Shown here one piece after another: positions 1 through 12,699 of a DNA stretch of 64,000 nt (position 1 is the first letter of the stretch; each line of letters opens with the position of its first letter). The DNA is from Octopus sinensis (lineage: Eukaryota). The notes below the pieces were generated by a model. That model was not told where the DNA came from and did not search any database. It saw only the letters and a list, made by a program, of their open reading frames with translations. The position numbers were made by a program, and so were the translations under genes. Where the stretch lies: the NCBI RefSeq assembly GCF_006345805.1, contig NC_043008.1:74648001-74712000 (forward strand), read 5' to 3'.

Positions 1-96
1 GTGGTGAACGCTGGAGAACAAGCTTTGACAGGAGACAGATAAAAATGCGAGCTATCCTTTGTAGCTGAACGAGAAGAAAGAAATTCGAGTTAGGAG

Positions 97-120
97 AAGA
101 TGGCCGCTGGTCACATGTGA
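97..120. promoter_or_regulatory. YY1-type motif AAGATGGCCGC (97-107) next to palindromic TCACATGTGA (111-120)
   Basis: Motifs read directly. YY1 sites (GCCATCTT/AAGATGGC) are typical near metazoan housekeeping TSSs. Function is inferred. Confidence 0.35.
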
Positions 121-382
121 GCAACGAGATAGTCAAGGAGGAAGTGTGAGAGAGAGAGGGACAGAGAGAGAACGGTGGAGGAGGACAAGAATTAGAGAAA
201 GGGTGGGAAAGAAAAAGAATATAGAAAGAGGAAGAGAGAGAGGAACAGTGATAGTGATAGAATAGTTTCGCATCAGAATTATTAAGATAAAACTTACTTG
301 GAAATGGATGCGTGACGTTCGATCATATAATAATATAAATAATATATATATATGCATATTTGCATATGTACATGTACATATA

Positions 383-428
<46 letters not shown>

Positions 429-631
429 ACATATATATACATATATGTATGTATTTATGTATGTATATATCTATATATGCACACATTTATATGCATAAAT
501 ACCCACATATATGTACATAAATATACATATATGTATATGCATATGCATGTATGAATTTACAAAATTTGACATGTAAACGTACACACACGAATACGTATGC
601 ATATAAATCCCAACGTTTCTCTCTTTCTCTC

Positions 632-687
<56 letters not shown>

Positions 688-1161
688 CACACTAGCAGTA
701 CAATCTTGACGTTGCCCGGATGTTATGATCTATAGCTATATTGTGTTACTTGCTTCGTTCTTATAGGGAGAATCTGCACAGCTGATAAATAGTGAACTGG
801 ATTACTGGCGTAATAGAAATTATTCTTTGTTTAAAAGTGAAGTGAGGAGGGTACAATTTGCATGGGTTTGCTTGGAACTACTTTTTATTCTTAAGAAGGA
901 TCACAAACTATGACTTGTTTCATCGTATGAAAGGAGGTTGATACAATTTTACCCAGAAATTACGTTTTCAAAATCCCCCCTTCCCCACCATAGTTTCTTA
1001 ATTCGTAACTTTTTATAGATTTTCTTTTTATCCATATTGAAAAATACAGAGATTACGAATCTGGGAAATACATACTTCTTTTAAAGTTTAATCTTTCTTA
1101 AATACTCAATACCTCTTCCTCCATCTCGCCCATCCAACACCTACCCGCTTTAAAAATGCTA

Positions 1162-1197
1162 TGCGCATGCGTAGAATTGTACTGAAATAACTGACGT
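1162..1197. promoter_or_regulatory. NRF1-like motif TGCGCATGCG (1162-1171) plus CRE half-site TGACGT (1192-1197)
   Basis: Motif match in locally non-repetitive sequence; no transcript evidence. Confidence 0.3.
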
Positions 1198-1814
1198 AAA
1201 AGATATTAGAGCACCACCAGAAAACCCGACATGCTAGAAACAACAGTAAAATTACATTATTTCTGAAGAAACTTCGCCTCTTTCCAAAAAGCTAAAAGTG
1301 AAACATTGGGAGTTTGTATGGGTTTTTTAAAGTGGTGAGGTGATGGGTGGATGTTTGGGAAGGAAATTTTAGTGTTTCTTTGAGTAAAAAGAAATAAGAA
1401 AATCCTTAAAGATTCGTACATTGTTTTTTCTTTCTTATTTTTTTTTTGCTTCGTGGATTAGCAAGAAAGAATTTCGAAAACAATAAAAATTGAAGAAATT
1501 GGGGGAGGGAGAAAAGGAAAATATTAAGAAGTGCTTTTTGGGCAAAATCCTAATCTCCTGTATTGAAAACATAGGAATCGGGAGAGATTTAGGAAAAAAA
1601 TAGGGGCACGGTGCAAATGTAACATCGGACACGCTAGAAACAATAGGTTAAGGACAGGATTTCTGGGATACTTCCTTTTAAATTTATATCGAAGATCAGG
1701 TTTTTAAATACACTCATCACAAACACTAATTAGAGAACAGAAAATGGTGATTTCAATTGGATTTGAACAGTAACTATGCACGTGCATAATTCATACAGAA
1801 GTTTTACCTATTGT

Positions 1815-1868
<54 letters not shown>

Positions 1869-2039
1869 ATGTGTATGTGCATGTGTGTGTGCGTGCGTGT
1901 GTGTGCGCGTGTGTGTGTGCGTGCGTGTGTGTGTGCGTGCGCGCCTAAGGAAGTTATTTTATGGTAGTCTTTCGTTTGAAGCAGGAAAGTTGTCAACTCG
2001 ATCATATAGTCGATCATATGGGATCATATGATTATTCTT

Positions 2040-2295
2040 TAATTTCCGTAAATTCTTTAAAATTCTTTATGCTTTGAAGAGAGCAGAAAATGCAAGACAG
2101 GAGAAAGAGAAAAGGTGACACTTGCTTTGAAGTGAGAGCAGAAAGTGAAAGAGAGGAGAAAGTGAAAGATGTATGTACGTGTATATGAAATGGACGTGTG
2201 TGTGTGTGTGTGTGTGTGAGTGAGAGAGGAGTGAGTGAGTGAAGTGTGTGTTGTCATGTATGTATTTTTTGCATGTATGTGTAAGCGGAACTCAC

Positions 2296-2341
<46 letters not shown>

Positions 2342-3033
2342 ACACACACACACATTAGCTTTCATATAAACATACATAAATACATATGCATACATCCTTT
2401 TGCATGTATGTGTGCGTGCGCATGTGAAAATGAGTGACTGTATTTCCTCATAACGTGTAGAGAAATGGATGTCTTTTAAGGTACACACACATTTCGAAAA
2501 TGTGACCTCGTCGTCGTATGAAATATTGCTTAGGATAGTTGAATTACAGAAAGATTATTATGTCAAATTTTTTTAATGCATATATGTAAACGAAAAAGTT
2601 TATTTGCTAGCCGAAGGATTACTGAATCTTTTGATACCCCATACGCCAAAATCGGCAACTCAGTTCTCGAATGTATTCGTTAATTTCCGTAAACATTTTT
2701 CGTTTCTTTATGCCTTGAAGAGAGCAGAAATTGAAAGAAAAGAGAAAGTGAAATTGCGACATTTGCTATGAAGTGAGAGAAGAAAGTGAAAGAGAGGACA
2801 AAGTGAACGATGTATGTACGTGTATATGAAATGGACGTGTGTGTGTGTGTCAGTGTATGTGTGCGTGGGAGAAAGAGTAAGTGAAGGTGTGTGTCGTCAT
2901 GCATGTGTAAATGGCACTCGTTCGGTCTCTCTTTCTCTGTCTCTCTCTCTCATACACACACATTTTTATATACACGTACATAAATACACATGCATACATC
3001 TTTTTTGTATATATGTGTGGGTGCGCATGTGAA

Positions 3034-3069
<36 letters not shown>

Positions 3070-3320
3070 TGACTGTATTTCCTTAAAACATAGAGAAATG
3101 GATTTCTTTTACGGTACATACTCATATAGAAAATGTGATGTCATCGTCCTTGTCGTCGTGATACAAAGTGTATATGATAGTTGACTTATAGAAAAGATTA
3201 TAACGTAAAAGTTTTGTAATGCAAATATGTAAATGAAAATAAAGTTTGTTTGGTAGTTGCAACATTACTGAATCTTTGGTACCCCATACGTCAAAATCGG
3301 CAACCCAGTTTTCGAATGCA
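2040..3320. repeat. Diverged tandem duplication, two units of about 640 bp (2040-2680, 2681-3320)
   Basis: Both units start aatttccgtaaa...gaagagagcagaaa, share gatgtatgtacgtgtatatgaaatggacgtgtg and end ...accccatacg.caaaatcggcaac.cagtt.tcgaatg. Confidence 0.85.
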
Positions 3321-3714
3321 TAAGGAAGATGCGCATACACGCACACATACAGAAATTCTCTTTGATATATATGGAAGACGTCCCTGTCTGTCGTTCTCTC
3401 TGTCTTCTGTCATATCCACTGTGTGTCTATCTCTTCCTGTCTCCGCCCCTTCTCTCATTATGCCACATTTCCCTAAACCTAACACTTTTGCTCCCCTCTC
3501 ATTTTATCATGTAATAGCCCAAACTCCGTAGTCAGTCCATTATTGATTTTTATTGAAATCCAATTCGCCTATAATTGAAGTGGATGTTAGTTCAACATGC
3601 ATACAAAGTTTGATAAACATTGGTTCCCAGGTTTCGGCAGCAAGACAGACAGACAGATGGACAGACAGACAGAAATTGCCATTTATATATAAGATAATTC
3701 TTTTATTCTTTTTT

Positions 3715-4085
3715 TCTTTTACTCATTTCAGTCATTTGACTGCAGCCATGCTGGAGCCCCACCTTTAGTCGAAAATTGCGAGCCTAGGACTTATTCTTTG
3801 TAAGCCTAGTACTTATTTTATCCGCCACATTTGCCGAACTACTAGTTACGGGGATGTAAACACACCAATATCGGCTGTGAAGCGATGGTGGTGGGGGACG
3901 AACACAGACACACAGACATATGTATATATATCCATACACGATGGGCTTCTTTCATTTTCCGTCTACCAAATACATTCACAGGTCTATAGCGGAAGACACT
4001 TGCCCGAGATGCCATGCAGTAGGACTGGACCCGGAACCACATGGTTGAGAAGCAACCTTCTTACCACACAGCCACGCCTGCACCT
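3715..4085 (-). mobile_element. tRNA-headed SINE, family B (bipartite, internal microsatellite)
   Basis: Reverse complement of gcaggcgtggctgtgtggtaagaag...ggttccgggt head (A/B-box-like) and ctccagcatggctgcagtcaaatgactgaa tail; same family as 10017-10410. Confidence 0.85.
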
Positions 4086-4802
4086 GTATGTGTGTACATG
4101 TGTGTGCATGTGTGTGTGTTTGTGTGTGTGTGCGCGCGCATACATTTTCAGTCTCTCTCACATTTACATACAATTATTTTCCATATTTCCGTGCATCAAA
4201 TTCACTCTAAATTTCACTCATTTCTCGACCCGGATCCACAATAGGTGTTGCGCACAATAGAGATCGAGCACGAAACCCTAGTGTTGCGAAACGAACTTTT
4301 TATCCACACAGCCACAGCTGGGACTACACATACTCACAGGCACTCATTCACACACACACACACACACACATACACACTTTTATATTATAGAGATGAACAT
4401 ATTCGTATATGTGCATTTGTACGAATAAATGTAGACCACATTTAATGTGTGTGTATGCATTTGTGTTGATCTGTGTATGTATGTGTATGTGTGTGTCTAT
4501 GTACACTTTAGTGTATATGACTGTATGTGTATATATACATATACATTCATTCAATGAATGTAAATACATACATACAATTGTCTCTACACATAAACATATT
4601 CACGTGTATATGTAGGTTCTCATATATGTAGATGTATGTATATCTATGTAAGCATGTTATATATGCATATACCTATGTATGTGAATTTAAATATATACCT
4701 ATATAAATATGTGCGTGCATATGCCTGTGTGTATATATTCATATATATACTTTACTCTTTATTTATATGCGTATATATACATATGTATATAGATACACAC
4801 AT

Positions 4803-4875
<73 letters not shown>

Positions 4876-5342
4876 CATATACACTCACGTGCACATACAC
4901 GCATACACACACATATAAGCATATATATTTATATATATATATATACATATCTATGTGTGTAAGTATATGTACGTATATGTCTGTGAGTACATTTGTATAT
5001 AAGTGCATGTATGCGCGAGTGTGTCCGTGTGTGCGCGCGTGCGCATGGCATGGTTTATTTTAGTTCTATCTACCAATATTCAATGGACATTTGTAATTTG
5101 GTTTATTTTACGTGTCTGTTGTGTTGTGTAGCAGCAACACGCGATGGTACACTAATAAAACATTAGCCACTTTGCTACCGACCGCAATTCACTGCAGTCT
5201 ACGCGCACGCACACAGACACACGCATACACTCTCGCACTATCTCTCTTTCTCTCATTTTGTCTTATCTACTTCTCTATGTATATACACACACATTTGTGT
5301 GTGTGTGTGTGTATTCACAAAACAGACACACACACACACCTA

Positions 5343-5585
<243 letters not shown>

Positions 5586-6092
5586 CTATGTATTTTTATG
5601 TTTCTGTGTGTGCGTGTATGTGCATTAGTGTATGTAGGGATACTTGACTGAGAGTGTGTCAAAAGAGACAAGTAGTGTGTGTGTGTATGTGTATGTGTGC
5701 GTGTGTGTGTGTATGTGTGTGTATGTGTACGTGTGTGTGTATGTGTATGTGTGCGTGTGTATGTGTGCGTGTGTATGTGTGCGCGTGTGTGTGTATGTGT
5801 GTGTGTGTGTAAATGTATATTTTACTTCTCAGACCATATTCTATATAGTCTTCTCTTGTCCTAGCTGTAAGTCTTCAATAAAATCCCAAAACCTGGTATT
5901 TTATGTGCCACTAATTCTATAAATTAATAGTTCCAATAATGTCTTCAGTTCTTCCCAAATGGAATCACCTAACTCTCACATTGTTATTTCGTTTTTATTT
6001 CTGTCATTGCAACTTTTTAGGAACAATGCCGTTTCTTTTACCATTTTATTTACCTCTTAATGTTTTATCGCTTTTATTCTTCGCAGATTTAC

Positions 6093-6136
6093 CTGAAGCA
6101 GTAGAGACACTCAGGTAGAGCAATGCACGAACGCCG
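6093..6136 (-). CDS. Candidate 44-nt coding exon (phase 2-1; SGVRALLYLSVSTAS)
   Basis: Acceptor tatttgtgctgtag, donor gtaaat, frame-compatible with 6759-6828. A competing + strand reading also exists. Confidence 0.3.
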
Positions 6137-6758
6137 CTACAGCACAAATATAGTTTATCACACGTATTACTTCTTTAGAGAGAGAGTGTGTGTGTGCGCG
6201 CGCGCACTGACATGGCTGTTCACTTTATAGACATTTAGTCAAGAAGTTCACTTTACAGACATATAATTTTGTGTTCAATCCCACGTCGCGGCAATTGAGT
6301 GGTGTCTTCTACCAGTCAATGTTTTGTGAGTGAATTTATGTCACGGGAACTGTAGAGAAACATGTGACGTATGCATACATACATTCATGCATGCATACAG
6401 ACAGACTGACAGACACATGTTCACACACTTATATATATAGCAAATGAAAGAGGAACCGGAAATCCAATCCATGAAGTTTCCTTCAGTCGCGGAGTATAAA
6501 ATGGCTAAGTCTTTGGTTACAGCTTTTTCTGTACCATTTAGGTTAAATAAATCCTTAAACATTTTAGTAAATATGAATATGCGCAATGATAATGTAGGAT
6601 TGATAATATAATGTAAAACCTATAGTTATTTCATAGTGATAGTTATAAGTAAATTAATACGAGAACAACTAGTATAAATTCGCCTATATATGGACGCAGA
6701 CGATTTGGTGGTAGTGAGAGGAGCTCATAGGCTAACAGATACAACTCCTAAAAGTTAC

Positions 6759-6828
6759 CTGTCATTTGATGTACTAAAACCATTATCTGTACTATTTTTA
6801 TTATTTGCATTTCTAACAGAAGCTCCAC
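6759..6828 (-). CDS. Candidate 70-nt coding exon (phase 1-2; GGASVRNANNKNSTDNGFSTSND)
   Basis: Acceptor ttcacgttcctacag, donor gtaact, open frame; no recognisable homology. Confidence 0.33.
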
Positions 6829-7889
6829 CTGTAGGAACGTGAATATGAATGACAGTTTGATTGACAGGTAGTTAGATAGGTAGGTATATAATATATTGGT
6901 AGGTAGTTTGATACATAAATAGGTAAGCAGGTAGGTAGGTAGGTAGGAATGGTGAGAAATAAACAAGGATATGCAAGAAAACATACACATGATTACTGAA
7001 TATAATCTGCAGCACCATAATTTATGGGACATGATTCACCTCTCTTGAACCCAACCTAGATTTATTACATAAAACTCGCAAACGCATGACGAGAGAAATT
7101 TAAGCCAAGATTTTATAACCATACATACTCGTTTAGGTATATATAAAAGTGACCCCAAAATTAACAGACTACAACAAGCAATTAAAATAAAAATACATCT
7201 TTAAACTGAATATCATCAAAAGCCTTACAAAAATGACAGTGAATCCCAAGAAAAGAAAAATCCTCAAAACCTTTTGAGTCAAAAGCACCCATCTTGACTT
7301 TCAAGAAATGCAAACACTTTGAAAAGTACCTGTTACGGATCTGGGGAAATAACCACCTTTATTGAACTAAAAAACATATTCCGAGACATTTGAAATTCTC
7401 TTACATGGGATTTTCTCTAGCTTTATTCTATTTTCTCAACCTTATATTTTCTTCAAAAAATTATCCACTCTCTTCCGACATCACCATTATACCCTCCTCT
7501 CCAATTGATAGAATATGGATATCTCTATCCAACATGTTTGTTCTTTCTTGAGTCTCAACAAAAATATTTTTCCTAGCATCTCCAAATTTCAACACGTGAG
7601 ACAGCAAAGAAGGAATAATGCATTTTAACAAAATGCTATAAGAATTATTTACATGAAGTGTGCATAAAAATGTGCGTGCGCATTTGTGTGTGTGCGCGCG
7701 CGTGCCATTGTACGTACATATATATGCATACCAAAAAGGATCTAATGTCCTTCCCGAGCTTTATGTTTGTAAGTCCGGTTTTCCAGATTCTGTAGCATTT
7801 ATATTACCCCTTCGACGGGACGGCGGTCCATCGCAGGATATATATATATATGTATGTATGTATGTATACACACACAATTATATTTATAT

Positions 7890-7948
<59 letters not shown>

Positions 7949-7977
7949 ATAAATATATATATATATCGGAGAAGTTT

Positions 7978-8087
<110 letters not shown>

Positions 8088-9094
8088 TTCAATATCTATA
8101 AACATGTATGTGGAGAAATACAACCTGTGTGAATGTGGAACTTAAGCTATTCGATAGCCCATTTATATTATTCTACGTATTTGTAATGAATGCCTGCATT
8201 TTGGATGTTGTTTATCAACCATGATACTAGATATATGTGTATATGTGTATGTATATGTGTGTGTATATGTGTGTGTATGTATGTATGTATGTATGTATGT
8301 ATGTATATGTATGTATGTATGTATGCATGTATATATGTATGTATGTGTACATGTAATGTATATTATGTATGTATATATGTACATAAGTTACATCTCGAGT
8401 ATACAGCATTTTGTTACTTGAAGTTTCTTGTCCGCAGGTAAGAGAAAGCTGTAAGATAGAAGTATAACACCAAGACATTAATATTCACTCCGTCTAAGGT
8501 GTTGAGTTCTTCTTTTCTTTCCTTATTATTGATGTTGACTTACATTTACATGAGAATGAAAATTTAGATTCATCGCCATATGGTATTTTGTGGTGTTCAT
8601 GCATAATTCTAAATAACATTATTTGGCGGGTATCAATATAATGACTTCGAAGATAGTGAAGTACGTCTCTTTGCATTATGTCACATTTCATTACAAGTCA
8701 TTTATTTCAACTCTAATGCCTTTAAAGCATCCATTCCAATTATATTAGCTTCAAAATATCAACTATGCCCTTTCTACAAAACGTTATTTAGGTGTAAGAG
8801 GTGTGGAGGGACAAGTAAAGTAGTCACATTGCTACAAATAAAAAGACGCGTTAAAGAGGTGCTGACCCACTCCACACGAAAAGAAAAAGGGGCATGTACC
8901 CAGTTACCTAAAGTAACCAAATCATCCTTTGTTACCGTATCATAAACCATCTTTCCTACCGTTCGCCACTACCGTAGAGAGACTTATGTGTTACGGACTC
9001 AGTGGGAGAAGGATACTCATGCGGGTTGAGTGTTAACTTAATTTAACGGATCCCATCCTCTCCACATATACGCACTCAACGGTATAATTTAAAG

Positions 9095-9323
9095 GCGGCG
9101 AGCTGGCAGAAACGTTAGCACGCCGGGCGAAATGCTTAGCGGTATTTCGTCTGCATTACGTTGTGAGTTCAAATTCCGCCGAGGTCGACTTTGCCTTTCA
9201 TCCTTTCGGGGTCGATAAATTAAGTACCAGTTACGCACTGGGGTCGATGTAATCGACTTAATACGTATGTCTGTCCTTGTTTGTCCCCTCTGTGTTTAGC
9301 CCCTTGTGGGTAATAAAGAAATA
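9095..9323 (+). mobile_element. Full-length tRNA-headed SINE, family A, with 14-bp TSD
   Basis: Head gagctggcagaa, B-box-like gagttcaaattcc, core tttgcctttcatcctttcggggtcgataaa, tail ...taataaagaaata. Perfect TSD ggtataatttaaag at 9081-9094 and 9324-9337. Confidence 0.92.
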
Positions 9324-9792
9324 GGTATAATTTAAAGCAAATCCAGTTTACAGTGTTGATGTGTCTTAGGGCTATTATTTGATAACACGACGAGGTACAT
9401 AGCAACTAGTGTAACTACGTTATTTCATAGCTTAATGTCTACTGCTTCGAACACATCTACTGACCGTAACAGAACAACCTCGCTCGAGGCCATTAAGTTT
9501 ATCTCCCAATCTCAGTGTATATCGGTCCTTTAATCTATGCAATAATACGTCGATTTTGAGAGACAACATCTGGAGATCATTTACACTACAAAACATTCTC
9601 GGTAAAGCATGAACACAATACTTACCCCCACTGCCTACATATGAGGAAATTTTGTTCTTAACTATAACTTTTATATTTCATTTTCTAAAAACACTAATTC
9701 AGTGCACAGACATTTAACAGGAACGAATTCCAAGACGAAGATTCAAGATCTGGTTAAATAAGATCTAAATTCAGTCCGCAATTAAAGACAAC

Positions 9793-9990
9793 AAGCTGGC
9801 AGAATCGTTACCACGCCTGGCAAAATGCTGAGCGGCATTTCGTCCGTCTTTGCGTTCTGTGTTCGAATGCCGCCAGGGCCAACTTTGCTTTTCATCCTTT
9901 CGGAGTCGATTAAAATAAGTACCAGTTGAGTACTGGGGTCGTTATAATCGATTTACTCCCTCCCCCGAAACTGCTGAAAATTTGAAACCA
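9793..9990 (+). mobile_element. SINE family A (second tail type, ...aaaatttgaaacc)
   Basis: Same head and core as 9095-9323; different 3' tail. Confidence 0.85.
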
Positions 9991-10016
9991 ATTCAGTCCA
10001 CCTTTACCTGTAATAG

Positions 10017-10410
10017 ACGCAGGCGTGGTTGTGTAGTAAGACATTACTTCCCAACCACATGTTTCCGGGTTCAGTCCCACTGAGTGGCACCTTGGGTAAG
10101 TGACTTCTTCTATAACCTTGGGCCAACCAAAGCCTTGTGAGTGGATTTGTTAGACGGGAACTGAAAGAAACCCGTTATCTATATCTATATATATATATAT
10201 ATATATATATGCATGTATACATACATATATATATGTAATTGTGTGTGTGTTAGTTTCTCCGCCTCCATCACCGCTTGACAATCGGTATTGGGGTGTATTT
10301 ATGTCCCCATAACTTAGCTGTTCGGCAAAACAGACCGTTAGAATAAGTACTAGGCTTTAAAAAAACAAGTCCTGGTGTGCTCCAGCATGGCCGCAGTCAA
10401 CAGACTGAAA
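10017..10410 (+). mobile_element. SINE family B
   Basis: gcaggcgtggttgtgtagtaag...gggttcagtcccact head, internal (TA)/(TG) run, tail gtgctccagcatggccgcagtcaa. Confidence 0.85.
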
Positions 10411-11201
10411 CAAGTAGAAGAAAATGTATAAAAGAAAACTATCGAATTAAAGGCAATATATTCCCATTCATTCCATCTATAAATGTATCTCTTCGTACTT
10501 AGTGATAAGAAATACCTTATAAATGAAGTGAAAAGCTTAGCCTGCATCAAGCACACACTATTTCATTAACACTATAAATCCAAAGTCAGGGCGTGAATCA
10601 CAAAATATTGTGTTCTCTTCAGTAAACTAAATCAGTGTTAAAAACAATTTCTATTACTGTCTTGTTCTTGGTTAACATTTAGATTTACTGTGGTGTTTTA
10701 GAGATGCTCAACAGCATTTACAATAACAGGCGAGGGGTAATATAGAGATTTTAAAACAGCTTCAATCAACGATTGAAACCGCCGCACTGGTTTGTTAGAG
10801 ATAGTCGAACGTTTTGCTGCTGTGCTACTGTGCAGTCTGCTACGTCGTATATTATTACTTGTACCTGATATTATTACCTGTTTGATAGGAGTATATGAAC
10901 AGGTATATAAACACACACACACAAACACACATAATACATACACGCACAACCACGCAAACATCCACACAGAAAGAGAGAGAATGAAAGAGAAAACACATAT
11001 CTACATGAGTGTATGTATATGAAGATGGAGAGAGGATATGTATGTGTGTATATGTGTGTGTGTATACATATGTGTTTGTATGAATGTACACATGTATGTG
11101 TATATATATATATACATACATATGAGAAAGAGAGACATAGAGACATACATACATGCATACATACATACATACATACATACATACATACATACATACATAC
11201 A

Positions 11202-11233
<32 letters not shown>

Positions 11234-12542
11234 CTTTAAATATACCACAACCTACTTCACTTTACATAGCCCCGGGTTAACTGTTTTTTCTGTGCGATGT
11301 CAATGATTCTTTTTTCTGTTATTTTTCTTTCAATCCTTATTGGGAGACGTTGACTTTCTATGATGGTGTTATGGACAGGAAAACCAATATTCTACACCAT
11401 AAGTGGGGTTTAAAATAAGGTAACACCTCAAGCTAATTTCTACTGTTTCTCCGCAACAAGTCCCCATACCCCTCTTCTGCTCTCCTTTTCTCCTTTTTCT
11501 CCTTTCTCTTTCTTTCCCCTCCGCGCTCTCTCTTTCTCTCTCCCCTCTCTCTCACTCTTTCACTATTTATATATATGTGTGTGTGTGTGTTTATGTATGT
11601 ATGTATATGTATTTACATATGTCATGGCACACACATTCACACATACACACACGTAGGCACATACATACATAAATGAAAGTATACTGGTATACTATATTGT
11701 ATAACACTATATGTCAATAGGTTTTAGCTAAAACAATATGTATAGAAGGGTGTAAACACCTTATTTATAAATACAATATCATAAACACAATAAAAGGTTT
11801 CAGCTACATTAGTTTCAATCTTATATTGGAATTTCTTCAAGAACCAGGTACCTGATTTACGCATTTAAATGTCTCGGTGGACATTTAAAGAGGGTATCCA
11901 ATCCCTTATATAACAAACCTAATTCTTTACATAATGTCATTCCTGGGTGTTTTGATCCTAAATGTTGCTGGTTATTTTATGACGTTTACCACTGTCTCCC
12001 TGTGGGTTTAATAACATAAATACTAGTTATATACTCAGGTAATATGCACTTGGTGTTGTGCCTAAACGAAGATAATAAAAGCGCCAAAAGCATGGCTTCC
12101 TACGGGATCCAACCTACCGCTGCTTTACATTGAACTAAAGACACAAAAAAATGTGGTTGCGGCACAGTTGCGACCTGAATTTATATCATTTCGCTTCTTC
12201 CTACCTAACTCTATGATTGAGATAATTGATATCTTTCATGGCAAAGATTTCTTTAAAATATTGCGCAAATAATACTAAAGACTCTGTTTCCAGCAAGACT
12301 GTAGCTCTTATCATTTGATATTCATTTATATATAACATTCTGTGTTTTGTGGTAAGTCTAATTATGTCCATTATATGGATTGTATCCTGTTCAAAGTCAC
12401 TAAAACATGAATATCACAACTTCAAATATCTCTACAACCACCACCAGCACATCTAAATTTATTGTGCTGATGTGTATCTTCTGAAATGTTATTCTTCTCA
12501 CATCGCAGCCAATCTTCACATCAAATCAAGAATAATATGCAG

Positions 12543-12699
12543 TACGTTCTGAGTTCAAATTCTGCCGAGGTCGACTTAGCCTTTCATCCTCTCAGGATCG
12601 ATAAAATAATTACCAGTTGAACATTTGGGTCAATGTTATCGACTACCCATTCACCCCAAACTTGCTGGCCTTGTGCCAAAATTTGAAACCATTATTATT
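12543..12699 (+). mobile_element. 5'-truncated SINE family A ending in an (ATT)n tail
   Basis: gagttcaaattctgccgaggtcgac core; ends ccttgtgccaaaatttgaaacc attattatt. Confidence 0.85.

Noticed and set aside
133-690. Several ORFs rich in YI/HT/VC dipeptides (also near 4300-5900, 10850-11300, 58550-59450)
   Set aside because: Translations of (TA)n, (TG)n and (TACA)n repeats.
8418-8448. Minus-strand micro-exon candidate (LSLTCGQETS) with a strong acceptor
   Set aside because: An equally good + strand donor (CAG/gtaaga) overlaps it, and its phase does not join the upstream candidate.
9095-9185. tRNA-like A/B boxes in SINE heads
   Set aside because: No complete cloverleaf; they continue into SINE bodies, so not called tRNA genes.
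9435-9533. Small ORF MSTASNTSTDRNRTTSLEAIKFISQSQCISVL
   Set aside because: Only 32 aa, no transmembrane segment or homology; expected by chance.
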